From positions 5,704,001 through 5,768,000 of the forward strand of contig NC_089429.1 of NCBI RefSeq assembly GCF_026210795.1: a stretch of DNA of 64,000 nt. Direction: 5' to 3'. Under the pieces are notes generated by a model. The model was not told where the DNA came from and did no database searches. It was given only the letters and a program-made list of their open reading frames with translations. Origin of the DNA: Rhizophagus irregularis (taxonomy: Eukaryota). A program made the position numbers and the translations under genes. Each line of letters opens with the position of its first letter. Positions within the stretch are counted from its first letter, which is position 1. Below are positions 27,556-39,907 of the stretch, piece by piece.

Positions 27556-28416
27556 AGTTAGAAAAATTCAATTAATAAAGGTTAAATGTGATAATTAGAT
27601 ATTTTTACCAACAGTTTACCTTAGTCATTGTTTATTTACTCACTTTGTTGGTAATTAATTTGTTTATATTAGATGTTTGTTACATTGGCGATTTGGCGTA
27701 AATCTATTTATAATTTAATTTTAGCGTTTCAGAACATAATTCACATGTAACAATTGCACAGTGATGTAACATCTAATAAATAATATTTCGAATTCACTAT
27801 TTTTTACAATAGAGGCGCTTAATTTTTTGAGTATATGTTAATTTTCAATGTTGAGAATTATATCGATGATATTTTCCGATCTGATGGTCGTGGAAAAATA
27901 AAATTTAGTTCATAGGATTCGTCTCAATGAAATGAATCCAATGGTATAAATTTCATAATTTTTTGAATGAATATTTATTATTATCAAAAGGCGCTTATTT
28001 TAGGTTAAAGAAAATACGGTAATTCACATGCAACTCACAGTGACGACAGTGACGTATCAAAGATACATGCAACTTCTGCATATATGTATAATGACAATCA
28101 CATTTAATTAGGGGAATCTTTATTTGTAAATATTTGTATTATTCTTTTATTGAATAAATTATTACGTTATTTGAATAAGATAACAAAAGCGGTTAATTAA
28201 CTTTGACATTATTAACCATTCCATCTTGTTAAAAATTTACATATATCCATGTAAATACATAATTAATAAATTTTTGATTGAAATATTTTTATTTAAATGG
28301 CAAATTTGACATCAGATTTGGATTCTCTTTAAAAAAAAAAAATACCTTTTACTTTACGCTCAGTTTTTAATATAACAGATAATTTGTTACCCTACATATA
28401 GTAGTAACTATACCAA

Positions 28417-29742
28417 ATGAGAAAGAAGGGTCCTATTTGGAACCATTTTACTATAGAAAGTAAAGATTACAATTCTCATCCTCATGTACGATGCAATTAC
28501 TGTTCAAAAGATTTTCAACGAGCCGTTCCTGAACGAATGCAAGCTCATGTTGACAAGAAGTGCTCAAAAGCACCAAGTAATGTGAAACAACAAAATACTA
28601 TGATATCAATAACTGACAACAATGGTTTCCATATGAGTGAAAAAGAACAAAGCTCTCTTGAATCTTTACTAACAAAAAAGCTATCTTCATCTGAAGTTCT
28701 CCTTTCTTTTGTAAATAATCCGGTAATAATCCAGTTTTTTCAACATCTTTGCCCAACCGTCAAATTGCCAAATAAAAATGTGGCAAACATGCCAATAGAT
28801 GAAATAGATGATAGCGATGATGGAAGAAAATCTGAATTTTATTATCAAAATGAAATAAGAACCGAAGAAATTGAGATTCAATCGTTTAAATCATTTAAGA
28901 GAGAAGCAAAAAACAATCATATTGATTCAATCTATAATCTCGGATGTTGTTATCATTACGGAATGGGAACTGAGAAAAATGAAATTAAAGCATTTAAATT
29001 ATATAAGGTATCAGCTGAGAAAAATCATGTTAACTCAATGTATAATCTTGGATATTGTTACCAATATGGAATAGGAACCGAAAAAAATGAAGTTAAAGCG
29101 TTTGAATCATATAAAAATGCAGCTGAGCGTGGCCATATCGATTCAATATATAACCTTGGAGAATGTTACTATAATGGAATAGGTACTGAAGAAAATGAAA
29201 GTAGAGCAGTTGAGCTTTATGAAAAAGCAGCTCAAAAGGGTCATATTATTTCAACCTATAATCTTGGATGTTGCTATCATCAAGGAACAGGAATTGAAAA
29301 AAATGAAATCAAAGCATTTGAATTATATAAACAGGCCGCTGAGCGTGGTCATATTGATTCAATGTACAATCTTGGAGAATGTTATTACAATGGAATAGGA
29401 ACCGAGGAAAATAAGATTAAAGCATTTGAAGTATATGAAAAAACAGCTACTATTAAAGGAGATGTTGATTCAATAAATCGTCTTGGAATTTGTTATGAAA
29501 ATGGAATAGGTACTGAGAAGAATGAAGTTAAAGCATTTGAATTATATAAAGAAGCAGCTGAAGAAGGTGACACTAACTCAATAATTCGACTTGGGCATTG
29601 TTATCGACATGGAATAGGTATTGAAAAAAATGAAACTAAAGCATTTGAATTGTATAAAGCCGCAGGATATATAAAGCCAGAAAAAAATGATAAAATTGAT
29701 AAAGATTATCTGTCTAGCTATCATCATAACAATTGTTGTTAG
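28417..29742 (+). CDS. BED zinc finger / hAT-transposase N-terminus fused to seven Sel1-like repeats, 441 aa
   Basis: GPIWNHF...CNYC...H....C (zf-BED), then LSFVNNPVIIQFFQHLCPTVKLP (hAT DNA-binding/dimerisation-like segment), then 36-aa repeats YNLGxCYxxGIGTEKNExKAFELY. Single uninterrupted ORF. Confidence 0.9.
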   Translation: MRKKGPIWNHFTIESKDYNSHPHVRCNYCSKDFQRAVPERMQAHVDKKCSKAPSNVKQQNTMISITDNNGFHMSEKEQSSLESLLTKKLSSSEVLLSFVNNPVIIQFFQHLCPTVKLPNKNVANMPIDEIDDSDDGRKSEFYYQNEIRTEEIEIQSFKSFKREAKNNHIDSIYNLGCCYHYGMGTEKNEIKAFKLYKVSAEKNHVNSMYNLGYCYQYGIGTEKNEVKAFESYKNAAERGHIDSIYNLGECYYNGIGTEENESRAVELYEKAAQKGHIISTYNLGCCYHQGTGIEKNEIKAFELYKQAAERGHIDSMYNLGECYYNGIGTEENKIKAFEVYEKTATIKGDVDSINRLGICYENGIGTEKNEVKAFELYKEAAEEGDTNSIIRLGHCYRHGIGIEKNETKAFELYKAAGYIKPEKNDKIDKDYLSSYHHNNCC

Positions 29743-29871
29743 TTTTATTTGTTTATTTTTTTGAAGCACTTAATGCCGATCAGGTAGATTTAATTTTACC
29801 ATCCTAACTTCAAAAAAGGAAGGATCTGAGCTTTAAAAGGATCAGAAAGATAAATCGGCCCAAAAAGTCAA

Positions 29872-30912
29872 GCCTAGCATTACCGTAAAAATGGTAGCCA
29901 GATTTGTTGCCAGGTTACACGATCTGAGCACATGATCCGGATTAATATTATTACCTACATTACTTATGATATACTAATTTATATTGACTAAATTTATATT
30001 TTGGCTAACACAATGCAACATACTGCGCCAAGGTTATATAATTAGACCAATTTAACCTGAAAATTTTTTAAAATTTTTGGTTTGATAACTAAAAAAAATT
30101 CGTGAAATTATTTTTTGTTAATTAATTTAAATATATTTCTTTAATGCCAAAAAAATTTATAAACTTATTTATTCTAGGTACTTTTATTTTATTATTTATT
30201 GTAATAAACTATTATTTTACCCACTTTCGCTATATTTTATTGTTAACTTGATTTTCGCTGAATAATTTATAATTTATTCTTATACATTATCAATATTATT
30301 AAACTTGCTACAATACATTGTATTATGGGCGTGGATGTAATATTTTTGTGAGAATATTTAATGCTAATTCAATATTTATTGTCTTGGTATATCTCTTACG
30401 ATGGATGTTTTCTAGAACTGAAAGTATATCAAAAGAAGAGAGTCCTTTTTCTGATTCTTAATATGGTAAACCCATATGTAACCATCACTTTCTGATATAA
30501 CAGTAAGAGATATCATATAACGCCCAATTTTACAATTAATATTTTCAATATTTTCACTATCATTATTTTCTAAAATTACATTAACTAATTGTTGATAACT
30601 CTATTTATTATCTAAATAGGTTAAGAAATTATACATGGTTTCTGTTATATCCTGCATAGCTAATTATCGTGTCAGGTTTTATATTTTTATTTTTTATTGA
30701 ATGTGATCTTCAGCCTTTGCAACTTTCTCTAGTACAATGACATCCTTTACAAACCTTATTTTGTTGTTAACAATTTAGAAAAATATTTATTTTGTAAAGC
30801 ATAAAGGATCCAATCAGATTAATATAAGTTTATAATTACCGAAAATAATCGTCCGGATCATGTGCACAAATCATGTGTGCAAATCATGTGTAACCTGGCA
30901 ACAAATCTGACC
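29872..30912. mobile_element. ~1-kb non-autonomous DNA transposon
   Basis: Exact 22-bp inverted repeat CAGATTTGTTGCCAGGTTACAC (29899) / GTGTAACCTGGCAACAAATCTG (ends 30909). The body is the reverse complement of 1815-2829. Confidence 0.8.
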
Positions 30913-31145
30913 AAGCAAAGCATGTGACAATTGTGACATTGTGACAGTCACCGCTCTTATAAAAATTCTCATCAAAGAGCTTGTGGAAAATAGAATAAGA
31001 TTTAATTATGGAAAGAATCTTCTGAGTTGTGCTTGGGTGTCATCTCTTTTAATAGTAGTTTATTATAAATTTTTCTCAGGTATAAAATTTTATTTATTTA
31101 TAGGAACAGCAGAACCTTTCGTACAGATAGCTATGTATTAGGCAT

Positions 31146-31282
31146 AAAAGGCTCATATTTCCAGAATTAATAACCTTATATTACAGAATCTATCAAATTA
31201 TTTACATTTTCCGTGAATGGATCCATGAAAGGCTCATTTTTACAGAGTTTTTACAGAAATAATGAATAAAATTTTTTATAGG
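31146..31282 (+). mobile_element. Truncated, CpG-decayed copy of the ~180-bp MITE
   Basis: Aligns to 12602-12779 and 18030-18217 and ends ...ttttttatagg; most CG sites are changed to TG or CA. Confidence 0.85.
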
Positions 31283-32116
31283 CTAGTCCTAGTATTGATT
31301 ATAACATAATCTAGTTTAGTAATTTAAAGATTTTTACATACTGAACATATTATTATGTCATTCGCAAGTTTACTTGATTATTGGAAGGTAATCATTGCTT
31401 TTCATGAGATTATAAACCTGTCCTAATAGGGTTAATAGGGTATTAATTCTCATTGATATATTGTAGTAAATTTGTATCAATTTTTGCAAAATAATATACT
31501 AATGCTATTCTATAATTTGATTGCAACTCATAAAAAGTAATTAAACTTTTATGTTGATACTGCCATAATAAACATGTACAGTGCTGATAGTTAACCAAAT
31601 AACAGCTAGATTTTTCAGTAAAAGTTACCTTAGTTGATATAATTGTAGATGTCAATGTCAATAGCTTTTCTGCCAATGAATATGCTCATTATATAAGTTG
31701 GGTGCCATTCCTACTTCCTACCATGTTACTTGAACTAGTATACTTTTTATAGTGTGAAGTAATGTAATCATCCAGTAATTTCCAGACTGAAATTCATCCC
31801 TATAAAAAATATGTATACGGTTTTTATACTGTATATACGTATTTTTGATACAGTTCGCATTTTTACATACGGCATATCAGTATAATGTATACTGTTCGCA
31901 AAATGTGTTTAGTAAAAAATACAATAAAGTATACGGTAAACATACTGTGTGATACGGTTATATTAAATTCATACGTCTATAACGTATATCATTTCTACTG
32001 TATATCAGTATTTTGTATACAGTTCACAAAAATATTGTAAATAAAGGATATGGTATATGTATTATTCTACAGTATATTAAAATTCATACGTTTATAACGT
32101 ATTTTCTACAGATATA

Positions 32117-34215
32117 CACAGGTCAAATAAATAAAAATCAGATTTTTGCCCTTTTTAATATGGCTGTCTGATTTTTTGGCAATTTTAATATAATATTTCC
32201 GATTTTAATAAATATTTCTAATTTTAATATAATATTTCTGATTTTTAACATGAAATTGCCGATTTTGGTTATTTGTAATAGGATTTTTCAATTTTAATAT
32301 AAAATTTCTGATTTTAATATATAACATGTGATTATGTATTACGGTTTAATATTTATTTATTAACTTAGATTTTTTTTTTATTTCAGTTATAATTATTTTT
32401 TTGCCTCAAAAACTTTACTAAAATACTTTTTAAATACTTTATAAAATAGAATTAAAATATTTTTTTTCTTAAATATAAATACATTTAAATTAAGTAACTC
32501 ATAATTTAAAATATAAACAAATATTATATTTTTTTTACATATATTTCAAAGTATGGTTTGAGCATTTCGGCTGAAGTAAATCTTATTCTTTTAATTAAAA
32601 GTAGTTTAGTAAGTTTAAAACTGTTAAGAACATAAAAGTATAGTTAATATTTTTGGAATTATTTACATTTTTTATATAATACAGTAGTATTAAGTTACAA
32701 ATTTTTTTACTTTCAGAGCGTATTTTGAGATCTTTAGCCAAAGTAAATCAACTTCTTATATTAATTGTAAGTTGTTCAGCAAGTTAAAATCTACTTGGAT
32801 ATTAATTTTCACGAAGGTACGAAGGTACAGTTAATACTTGATGAGTTATTCACAATTTTCACAACAGTACTCATTCACGAATTTTATTTTTTTCATTTTG
32901 TCACTTCAGAGCGTATTATAAGCACTTTATCCAAAGTAAACCAACTTCTTATATTAATTGAAAGTTGTTTAGCATGTCAAAATCTACTTGAATATTAATT
33001 TTCACAAAGGTACAGTTAATTCTTGATGAGTTACTTACGATTTTCACAATGGTACTCATTTACGAATTTTATTTTTTTCCGTTTTGTCACTTCAGAGCGT
33101 ATTTTGAGCACTTTAGTCAAAGTAAATCGACTTCTTTTATTAATTGAATGTTGTTTAGCATGTCAAAATCTACTTGAATATTAATTTTCACGATGGTACA
33201 GTTAATACTTAATGAATTATTCACGATTTTCACAATGGTACTCATTTACGAATTTTATTTTTTTCCGTTTTGTCACATCAGAGCGTATTTTGAGCACTTT
33301 AGTCAAAGCAAATCGACTTCTTTTATTAATTGAAAGTTGTTCAGCAGGTCACAATCTACTTGGATATTAATTTTCACGAAGGTACAGTTAATACTTGATG
33401 AGTTATTCACGATTTTCACAATGGTACTCATTTACGAATTTTATTTTTTTCCGTTTTGTCACATCAGAGCGTATTTTGAGCACTTTAGTCAAATTAAATC
33501 GACTTCTTTTATTAATTGAAAGTTGTTCAGCAGGTCGCAATCTACTTGGATATTAATTTTTATGAAGGTACAGTTATTACTTGATGAGTTATTCACGATT
33601 TTCACAACGGTACTCATTTACGAATTTTATTTTTTCTATTTTGTTACTTCAGAGCGTATTTTGAGCACTTTAGCCAAAGTAAATTGACTTCTTTTATTAA
33701 TTAAAAATTGTTCAGCAGCTTAGAATCTACTTGAATATTTATTTTAATGAAGACACAGTTAATATTTGTGGAGTTATTAATTTTTTATAATTGTGCGTAT
33801 TACATTGAATTACAAGTAAATTTATATTCTTAATGTATTTTGTTTAAAATTTAATTATTTAAGATTAGTTTTTTATTTAATATTGCTTAATAAAATATTT
33901 TTTAAAATTTAATTCAATATTACAATATAATTTTTTATAAAAATATATATTTCATAATATATATACAATTTTTTTGTATAGTGAAAAAACTGAAAAATGT
34001 GGTTAAGAATTAATAATACGGCTGTAAAAAGTCACAAATCGGACAAATATAGCTAAAATCAGCAGTCTGATTTGAATATGCAATTTAAAAATTGGCATAT
34101 CCAATTTTTGTCAATTCATGCTAAAAAATCGGCTACAAAATGCTACAAATCAGACAAATATAGCCAAAAATTGGCTATCTGATTTTTTTGCCAATTTTTA
34201 TTTATTTGATGTGTG
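32117..34215. mobile_element. 2.1-kb non-autonomous element with CAC..GTG termini nested in the 5.5-kb element
   Basis: TIR CACA(GG/CA)TCAAATAAATAAAAAT with 3-bp TSD ATA; subterminal (T/C)GATTTT / AAAATC(A/G)G repeats. Confidence 0.85.
32545..33790. repeat. Tandem array of ~186-bp units (~6.5 copies)
   Basis: The TCAGAGCGTATT anchor recurs at 32713, 32906, 33092, 33278, 33464 and 33649. Confidence 0.95.
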
Positions 34216-34409
34216 ATAGGGTAAGTTTTTCTACACTTTAAATCATTAAACAATACTAGTATCCGCTAATATGTACTACTCAAAAACTCACTGATGTAAA
34301 ATCACTTATTTAAAAATTCGCAAGAATTTTTGTTAATACTGTTTAATTTTTAAGTTCAAAGTCCGATTGATAATACTAAATTCAAAAACTCAATTATAAA
34401 TCATTTTTA

Positions 34410-36080
34410 TAAATTATAATTTAAAAATTAAGCAATATCAAGGAAAATTCTCATGAATTTTTCTTAATACTACTTAATTCTAATTTAACTAATTTAGTAT
34501 TAAGGTTTTATTAATTTAAAAATTAAGCAGTATCAAGGAAAATTCTTGCGAATTTTTCTTAATACTGCTTAATTCTAATTTAACTAATTTAGTATTAAGG
34601 CTTTAATTTAAAAATTAAGCATTATCAAGGAAAATTCTTGCGAATTTTTCTTAATACTGCTTAATTCTAATTTAACTAATTTAGTAGTATTAAGGCTTTA
34701 ATTTAAAAATTAAGCAGTATCAAGGAAAATTCTTGCTAATACTGCTTATATCTTCCAATTCGTGAAATTAGCCAAACATAAAGATTTGCAAGAATTATGT
34801 TTCACAAGCTTAAATTGTATGTGTTACATAATCAGATGATCTAAATCTATCAAAAAATAAAAAAAAAATTTTTATCGTTTATTCAAAAATAACAATGGCA
34901 ACTACTTTCTTTTTCAATCACTTTTCAATCACTTTTCAATCAGATTTTTGTTAGGTGACTTAGAAAAGTTTATAGGCATATATAGCAGGTTTTTTTTAAT
35001 CAGTAAGTAAGAAAACAAATATTAATAATTTTTATTAATAAGAAAAATCTTTTTTCATTTATTTTTAACCTTAGTTCCTTCATTTTTTTTAGTAAAAATA
35101 TATACAAAATAAAAATGTGAGTTATGATTTAGAGTTTTTGAGATGTTTTTTTTATTTTTTACTATACTAATTTTATTCTACTTGTTAATTACTTTTTAAA
35201 ATTGATTTTATTAATTTATTCAATTTAAAACAGAAATGGCAAATAAAAACTTGTTAAGTAAAGTAAAAAGAGCCCAATAATACCTGTAAAGATCATCTTT
35301 TGGTAAGAATTATAATTTTAAAAATTTTTGTGTCAGAGTTTTATTCAATTAACAAAATCGTTAATATCTTGGCGTACATGTATGCTAAACACATATATTT
35401 ATATTCATATGAAAGCCCAGAATCTACTCTACCTGAACGAAAAAAGATTATTCAAATTGAATTACTAGATGTAAAGATATTAACGATCAAAGTCAAAGGT
35501 TAAAAATAAATATATTGAACGTAATTATTTGGCAACTTGTGATCCAATATAGCTCTTGATTACCTCTTTCTGATGAATATAAATTCATTCGTCTAGCACA
35601 CATACACGTTAAGTTATTCAATATTTTGTCATGACAATTATATTTAAATTTTTTAATTTTAATGATATTATTAAAAAAAATCAAAAAATAATATAATCAA
35701 ATCAATTTTATTTATATCAGTGGTGTGAATCTATCATTTTCATGTAACTTGTATTTGCATTTTCTTAATAAAGTTAGTTTTTTGAATATGAAAACTTAAT
35801 TCCATAAATCAGCCCATATGTTAATTCTAATTTAACTAATTTAGTAGTATTAAGACTTTAATTTAAAAATTAAGCAGTATCAAGGAAAATTCTTGCGAAT
35901 TTTTCTTAATACTGCTTAATTCTAATTTAACTAATTTAATATTAAGGCTTTAATTTAAAAATTAAGCAGTATCAAAGAAAATTCTCACAAATTTTTCTTA
36001 ATTCTAATTTAGCTAATTTAGTATTAAGGCTTTAATTTAAAAATTAAGCAGTATTAAGAAAAATTTTTACAAATTTTCTT
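34410..36080. repeat. Two blocks (34410-34750, 35820-36080) of 92-95-bp tandem units, each containing a 25-bp-arm palindrome
   Basis: AATTAAGCAGTATCAAGGAAAATTC-TTGC-GAATTTTTCTTAATACTGCTTAATT recurs with a constant linker. Confidence 0.9.
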
Positions 36081-39000
36081 ATTAAAAAAAAGAACTTTTA
36101 AATTACTAATTAAACTTTAAAAACAATCTGTATAATTTAAATTTTAAAAAAAATACTTCTGCTTTTTAATTTTCGCATTTCTATATTTAACCAATTAAAA
36201 TTCAGCTGATCGCTGATCACATGCATTAATAACACGTTATTGTTTATTTTTTGTTTATTTTTTCAAAAATATTCTTTTCTCTTCTTTTTTTTAGAAAAAA
36301 AAAGACAATAAAAATGAATACCAAAATTATTTTAACATATAATAATAAAAATTAAATAAAAAACTTATTTTGATAATATATAATATATATTTGTACCAAA
36401 CTACTAATTATACAAAAAGTGATATGCATGTATATCAATTAACAATTACTTTCACTAATATCTCTCAGGAATTGTAATGGTGAATTTTAACAATATTAAT
36501 TAAACAACTATATGTACACCGTTTTATGTTTTTATTTTTATATTAATATTATATGTTAACATATATTAATTATATTTTTTTTTTACTTTTATGTATTTTA
36601 TTTAATTTTTTTTAATATATTACTAACATTATTACTACTATCGTTTTATTACTTTTTTATATCTAACTAATATATTAATAATATTACTAACTTTTTATTA
36701 TTTCTTTTTTATATTTAAAATAATGATAATATTACTAATTAAATTTCTTTTTTTTTGTTTATATTTTGCTAATATTATTTTTTTTACAAATAGTATATTA
36801 TTTTATACTAGTTTTTTATTTATATTATTTATAAAAAATATTTGTATATTTAATATTATTTAATAAAAATTTTATTGATTATAAATGCATTTTAAATTCT
36901 GTTTGCAAATATAAAATATACGATTTAATTGAATAATATATACTATTTATCAGTACAAAATATGCAGTTTAAACTGGAAAAAAGTACTGTTTATCAGTAT
37001 AAAATATACGGTTTATCCTGGAAAAGTATACTGTTCGCAATATAAAATATAAAACAATATACTGTTTATTAGTATAAAACATACAGTTTTTCTACTGTTT
37101 ACAAGTATAAAACATATGGGTGAAACTGGAAAAATATACTGTATGCAAACCGTATATATGATACGGTGTGCAGAATACCGAATATATACAGTATGTGAAA
37201 ATACTGTAATTATACGGTAATAATATTATAAATATACTGTTCGCAAAATACGAAAATACAGTATACTAACCGTATATATATTTTTTATAGGGCATCAATC
37301 TGCAAAACTAAAATCAAATTGCTATGCTCATCCAACTTCTTTTCTCTGCAAATCAACACAACGACTTCTTCATATTCATAGCCTTCAGTACTATTCATCC
37401 AAGTTCTAGCTTGAATTGTAATTGTAATAATTGTGATTGTAAATCCTATCACCACCCTCATTATTCTTTGTTTTGGATCCATGATCATCACCATAATCCT
37501 CTTTTTCATCATCACCACCCTCATTTGGGCTATTCTATTTTCACAGAATTTTGTGAATTATGCAAATATTTTAAATTTCTCCTCTTTAAATTGAGGATGA
37601 TATAGTATTTGAGATTGTTGTCTATCCTTCTCTTCAAAATGTGAATACCCTGGGCAATATTGTGATCAAGGTAGGTGTAGATGACCATGATAATTTATGG
37701 TGTATTTATCTACAGATTCTTCTGACTCCCATTTGCCAAAGTTTAGTACAAAACAGTCCACAAGTAGTTCATCCTTATAAGGATATTGCAATCAAAATGG
37801 TTTAGGAGTAAAGGTAATATCCATGGATTTTCTTCCTAAAGGTAATTCTCCTAAGTCAAACTTGTGAACTCCCCAACTCAATTGAGTAATCTGTTCTAGA
37901 TTTTCTTAGGAGTTACCCATTTTGCAAAATAAAAAATCACCCATCACCTTTCACCAACCTAAGCAAACAAATCCAAGTAATCTCTTAAATAAACTAGGAA
38001 CTCCCTGACTCAATTGAGTAATCCATTCTTGACTTTGCTTAGGCATTACTCATTTTGCAAAATAAAGTTAAACACATCACTTTTAAAGGTCTTGTCAAAT
38101 AAACCATATGGAACTGTAGATCATATGATTGCATTTAGAAGTAATTGCAATTTGTCACAGATTTTTTTTTCAGAATGTGGTTTCCAGATAAGATTGGCTG
38201 TAAATGTTGTAATAACTTGATAAAATTTTATATAGAATATATTTTTCCTAAAGTAACAGAATCTATTTCAGAGAAAAAAGTATTTTTTAAGAAAGAAGTT
38301 TAAAATTTAAAGGAAATTTTTATATTAAATATATCTTTCTCAAAGTATAAGTATTGAGATACTTGAAATTATCATAATTATCATTAGCCATAAATTGTAA
38401 TAATCATTTTTATAAATGTGTAACCTAAGGTTTTGCATACTTTTATAGTTTTCCATAGTATGAATCTTTGATATCAAAATAAGATGTTAAATGTCTTGTA
38501 GATCAGAAAACATGTCAAGAAATTGGCATAATCCAAACCTTTGAAAAAATAAACCTTTTTGATCAGTTTATTGGTCATATAGAAATAATTCTTGATCTCA
38601 GGCAGTGATAGAATTTAAAAGTTTCATAAGCTCTCATGGAGCATGATTTTTAATCTCTGTTACTTTATCTCTAACTGTTATAGTACTTGATAGAATAGTG
38701 TTTATACTCAACAGCTTATCAAAAATAGTAGAGAATAAAGGAGTTATATACTTGTAAAAATCAAGAGAAAATGCAAAAAATGTCATTGTAGAATTGGAAG
38801 GAACTAAAGATGTAATTTATGTTTAAAATATGAAATAGGAGAATAATATGAAAGAAAAAAAATAATATTTGAGAGGAGGTAATGTTTGAAGTAAGAGAAA
38901 AAAAAGAATGTATTAATTATAGATTTTATTAAAATAGAGAGTAGAACAAGTGTATTATTAAGAATATTTGTATTTATATGTAATAAAAAAGCAAAAAGAA

Positions 39001-39820
39001 TGTATAGGTAAGTGATGAAAAAATATTAGAAGGTATATTTTCTCTGAAGTAATAAAATATATTTTCATGAAGTGTATTTTTTAGAGAAAGAGATACTGTA
39101 TATTTTAATAAAAAAATTTTTTTTTTTTGTAAGCATATTTTTTTTTAAAAAAAGTGTATGAAAAAACTTGTGTACAAAAAAAACGTGTTTTTTTTAAAAA
39201 AAAAGAGTATGTATTTTATGAAAAAAATATTTTTTATATTTTTTTCATAAGTGTATTTTGTATTTTTTTTTAAAAAAAAAAAGAGGGTTGAGAAATTTTT
39301 GAGGGTATATATATACCTTTTTGAATACAATGAGTAATATTTATAGGAGGTATATGGATTGTGAGTCATATTTATCATATCAATCGATCCTAGATCAAAA
39401 TTTAATTGCGTAATATCATTACCATATTTACTAATAGTCTGCCATCATTAAAATTTTATCTATTTTTGTACAACTGAAAATATATAAACTTTTATTTTAT
39501 TATTTCTACATATTTCTACATAAATTTTTTTTTTCTACTTAAACTTTTCTTTTTCTAAAGAATATAAACCTCATTTAACGATAATTCACATCATTGAAAT
39601 ATTATTTCTCAAAAAATTGTGTGCGTATTTCCACTTGCTTTCATAAGTTTCGCAAGTTACTATTTACTACTCTCTTACTCTAATATTATATAGTTTAAAC
39701 TGTTTGAAGTAAATTGGTGTAATGGTGCAGTGTCACGTAACGTTTTGATGATTAATTAATTACTGCACCACCGTACCACCGCGCCATTTGGTTATCTTGT
39801 AACTTGTTTCTTAAAGAAAG

Positions 39821-39907
39821 ATGAAACTTCCAAAATATGATGGAAATATTCATCCAGATGAATGGATAATGCAAATTAGAGAATGTTACTTCATTAAACG
39901 AACTTAA
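39821..39907 (+). pseudogene. Gene-head fragment with a Gag/capsid-like N-terminal motif
   Basis: MKLPKYDGNIHPDEWIMQI then an early stop. Resembles the LPxF/YDG..xEW motif of retrotransposon Gag-like N-termini. Confidence 0.4.

Larger units (their letters stand above)
31798..37292. mobile_element. 5.5-kb non-autonomous CMC/EnSpm (CACTA-like) transposon
   Basis: 25-bp TIR CCCTATAAAAAATAT(G/A)TATACGGTT with one mismatch and 3-bp TSD CAT. Dense subterminal ATAC(G/T)GT repeats at both ends. No transposase ORF. Confidence 0.9.
31440..38200 (-). pseudogene. Degraded gene with an HxHxH (HIT-like) motif and a P-loop NTPase Walker B, split by the 5.5-kb element
   Basis: Removing 31798-37292 and one TSD restores NLILVLQIDEFQSGNYW. 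An upstream remnant reads FVLNFGKWESEESVDKYTINYHGHLHL near 37770-37672. Many stops; boundaries are approximate. Confidence 0.6.

Noticed and set aside
32795..33519. ORFs in the 186-bp (62-codon) repeat
   Set aside because: Only short ORFs that do not continue across units; no continuous repeat protein.
34410..36080. Palindromic repeats resembling a CRISPR array
   Set aside because: The linkers are constant rather than unique spacers, there are no cas genes, and the context is eukaryotic and inside a transposon.
37324..37605. His-rich plus-strand ORF
   Set aside because: It is the antisense of the acidic linker of the minus-strand pseudogene.
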